In this document: positions 62,696 through 64,000 of the stretch, in pieces
How the letters are laid out: every line of letters starts with the position of its first letter
How positions within the stretch are numbered: position 1 is the first letter of the stretch
Source of the DNA: Octopus sinensis
Taxonomy: Eukaryota
Direction: 5' to 3'
DNA length: 64,000 bases
Assembly (NCBI RefSeq): GCF_006345805.1
Contig: NC_043002.1
Location: 82,832,001-82,896,000, forward strand
Made by a program: the position numbers and the translations under genes
Notes under the pieces: generated by a model
Databases searched by the model: none
Told to the model about the DNA's origin: nothing
Seen by the model: the letters and a program-made list of their open reading frames with translations, nothing else

Positions 62696-62771
62696 ATGTA
62701 TGAACCAGAGGCTGCTAACAATGCATACACTGGATTTAATTTCGAATTCAGTGAAAAAACCATTCGAATGG
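62696..62771 (+). CDS. First coding exon of a Lifeguard/TMBIM (GRINA/FAIM2-like) protein; exon spans 62677-62771
   Basis: aaacag acceptor, an in-frame TAA upstream, CAAAA-ATG start context and G|gtaagc donor. Encodes MYEPEAANNAYTGFNFEFSEKTIRMG. FSEKTIRMG is the motif that precedes FIRKVY in Lifeguard proteins. The rest of the gene lies beyond the window. Confidence 0.78.
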
Positions 62772-62934
62772 GTAAGCTTATCATAAATTTACTAATTATA
62801 TTTTTCCACTTCTTGTCAGCATGTTTGTGATGTCATTGTGTTTCACGTGTTTTATTTGCTATTTTGTCTACCGGCTCAGTGTTAGAGCTTAGCTATTCAA
62901 TTGAATGAAACTTTTGACCATAAAAGATTACTCT

Positions 62935-63307
62935 TACTCTTATACTTGTTTCAGTCATGTGACTGTGGCCATGCTGGAGCACCACCTTTAGTCAAGCAAA
63001 TATCAACCCCAGGACTTATTCTTTGTAAGCCTACCGGGCTCTTTTGCTGAACCGCTAAGTTATGGGGACGTAAACACACCAGCATCGGTTGTCAAGCAAT
63101 GTTGGGGGCAGAAACACAGATACACACACACACATATATACACATAGACGACAGGCTTCTTTCAGTTTCCATCTACCAAATCCACTCACAAGGCTTTGGT
63201 CGGCCCGAGGCTATAGTAGAAGACACTTGCCCAAGGTGCCACGCAGTGGGACTGAACCTGGAACCATGTGGTTGGTAAGCAAGCTACTTACCACACAGCC
63301 ACTCCTG
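62935..63307 (-). mobile_element. SINE family A
   Basis: Reverse complement of the copy at 52640. Confidence 0.9.
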
Positions 63308-63785
63308 TAACTATGGCTTCAATTAAACAAAATTGCAATATGACATTGCTGTCAACAGTTAATAATGATTTATTCACTCTATGACCCAGATATGACAGAA
63401 GCTTTGTTGTAATAACTTGTTGCTGCAGCAAGAAAAAATAGAGCTTCCAGATAGTAATAAAAACAGATTTATTTTTATCAAAAGCAAGTATGATGGCCAT
63501 ATGAAAATTTTCTGTAATGAACCTTTTGGAACTTGAAGAAATGGATTTTAGTAGTATAATGTCTGCAATGATGTCTCCAGTTAGTACTGCAAAAACTGAT
63601 AATTGGTAACCGGATTAGATTCTTATCACATCAAAATCACAACAAATCAATTTAAAGCTTTTTTTAGATTTAATTACATGAATCAGATTGTTTTTATGAA
63701 TTTGAAACAAATTGTAACAGGTGAGGACACTCCTCAATGACATGCAATCATCTGATTATAGTTTTATATGTATATTACCTGCTAT

Positions 63786-64000
63786 AGGCGTAGGAGTGGC
63801 TGTGTGGTAAGTAGGTTGCTTACCAACCACATGGTTCTGGGTTCAGTCCCACTGCGTGGCACCTTGGGCAAGTGTATTCTACTATAGCCTCAGGCCAACC
63901 AAAGCCTTGTGAGTGGATTTGGTTGATGGAAACTGAAAGAAGCCTGTCATATATGTGTATCTGTGCTCCAGCATGGCTGCAGTCAAATGACTGAAACAAG
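63786..64000 (+). mobile_element. SINE family A, internally deleted
   Basis: Head and core are joined directly to the tail gtgctccagcatggctgcagtcaaatgactgaaacaag. Confidence 0.88.

Overview
AT-rich, repeat-dense eukaryotic DNA, most likely from an octopus. That assignment comes from my recall of octopus tRNA-derived SINEs and RTE LINEs ending in (GAT)n, not from a search. Two host genes are visible, both on +. The first is a DNAJB12/14-type ER Hsp40, with its last three coding exons at 5396-7899 (TM helix plus DUF1977). The second is a Lifeguard/TMBIM-family gene whose first coding exon (62677-62771) is missing from the ORF track; its probable promoter lies about 29 kb upstream in a CpG-retaining domain with a CTCF-like site. 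The rest is mobile DNA: a near-full-length broken RTE LINE with a PHD finger inside its RT, truncated RTE 3' ends, and CR1, mariner, Tc1, Helitron, HERO-like and L1/Tx1-like relics. There are also hAT-, piggyBac- and mariner-like MITEs, three SINE families and long TA/CA microsatellites. Three signals stand out. (1) A set of Penelope-like fold-back elements sits in microsatellites and carries minimal hammerhead ribozyme motifs, including a nearly complete non-canonical one at 20471-20508, alongside a frameshifted Penelope GIY-YIG relic. (2) A compact H-type pseudoknot is repeated in tandem in the RTE 3' UTRs. (3) Several young inverted and templated duplications are present. Most ORFs in the supplied track are spurious.
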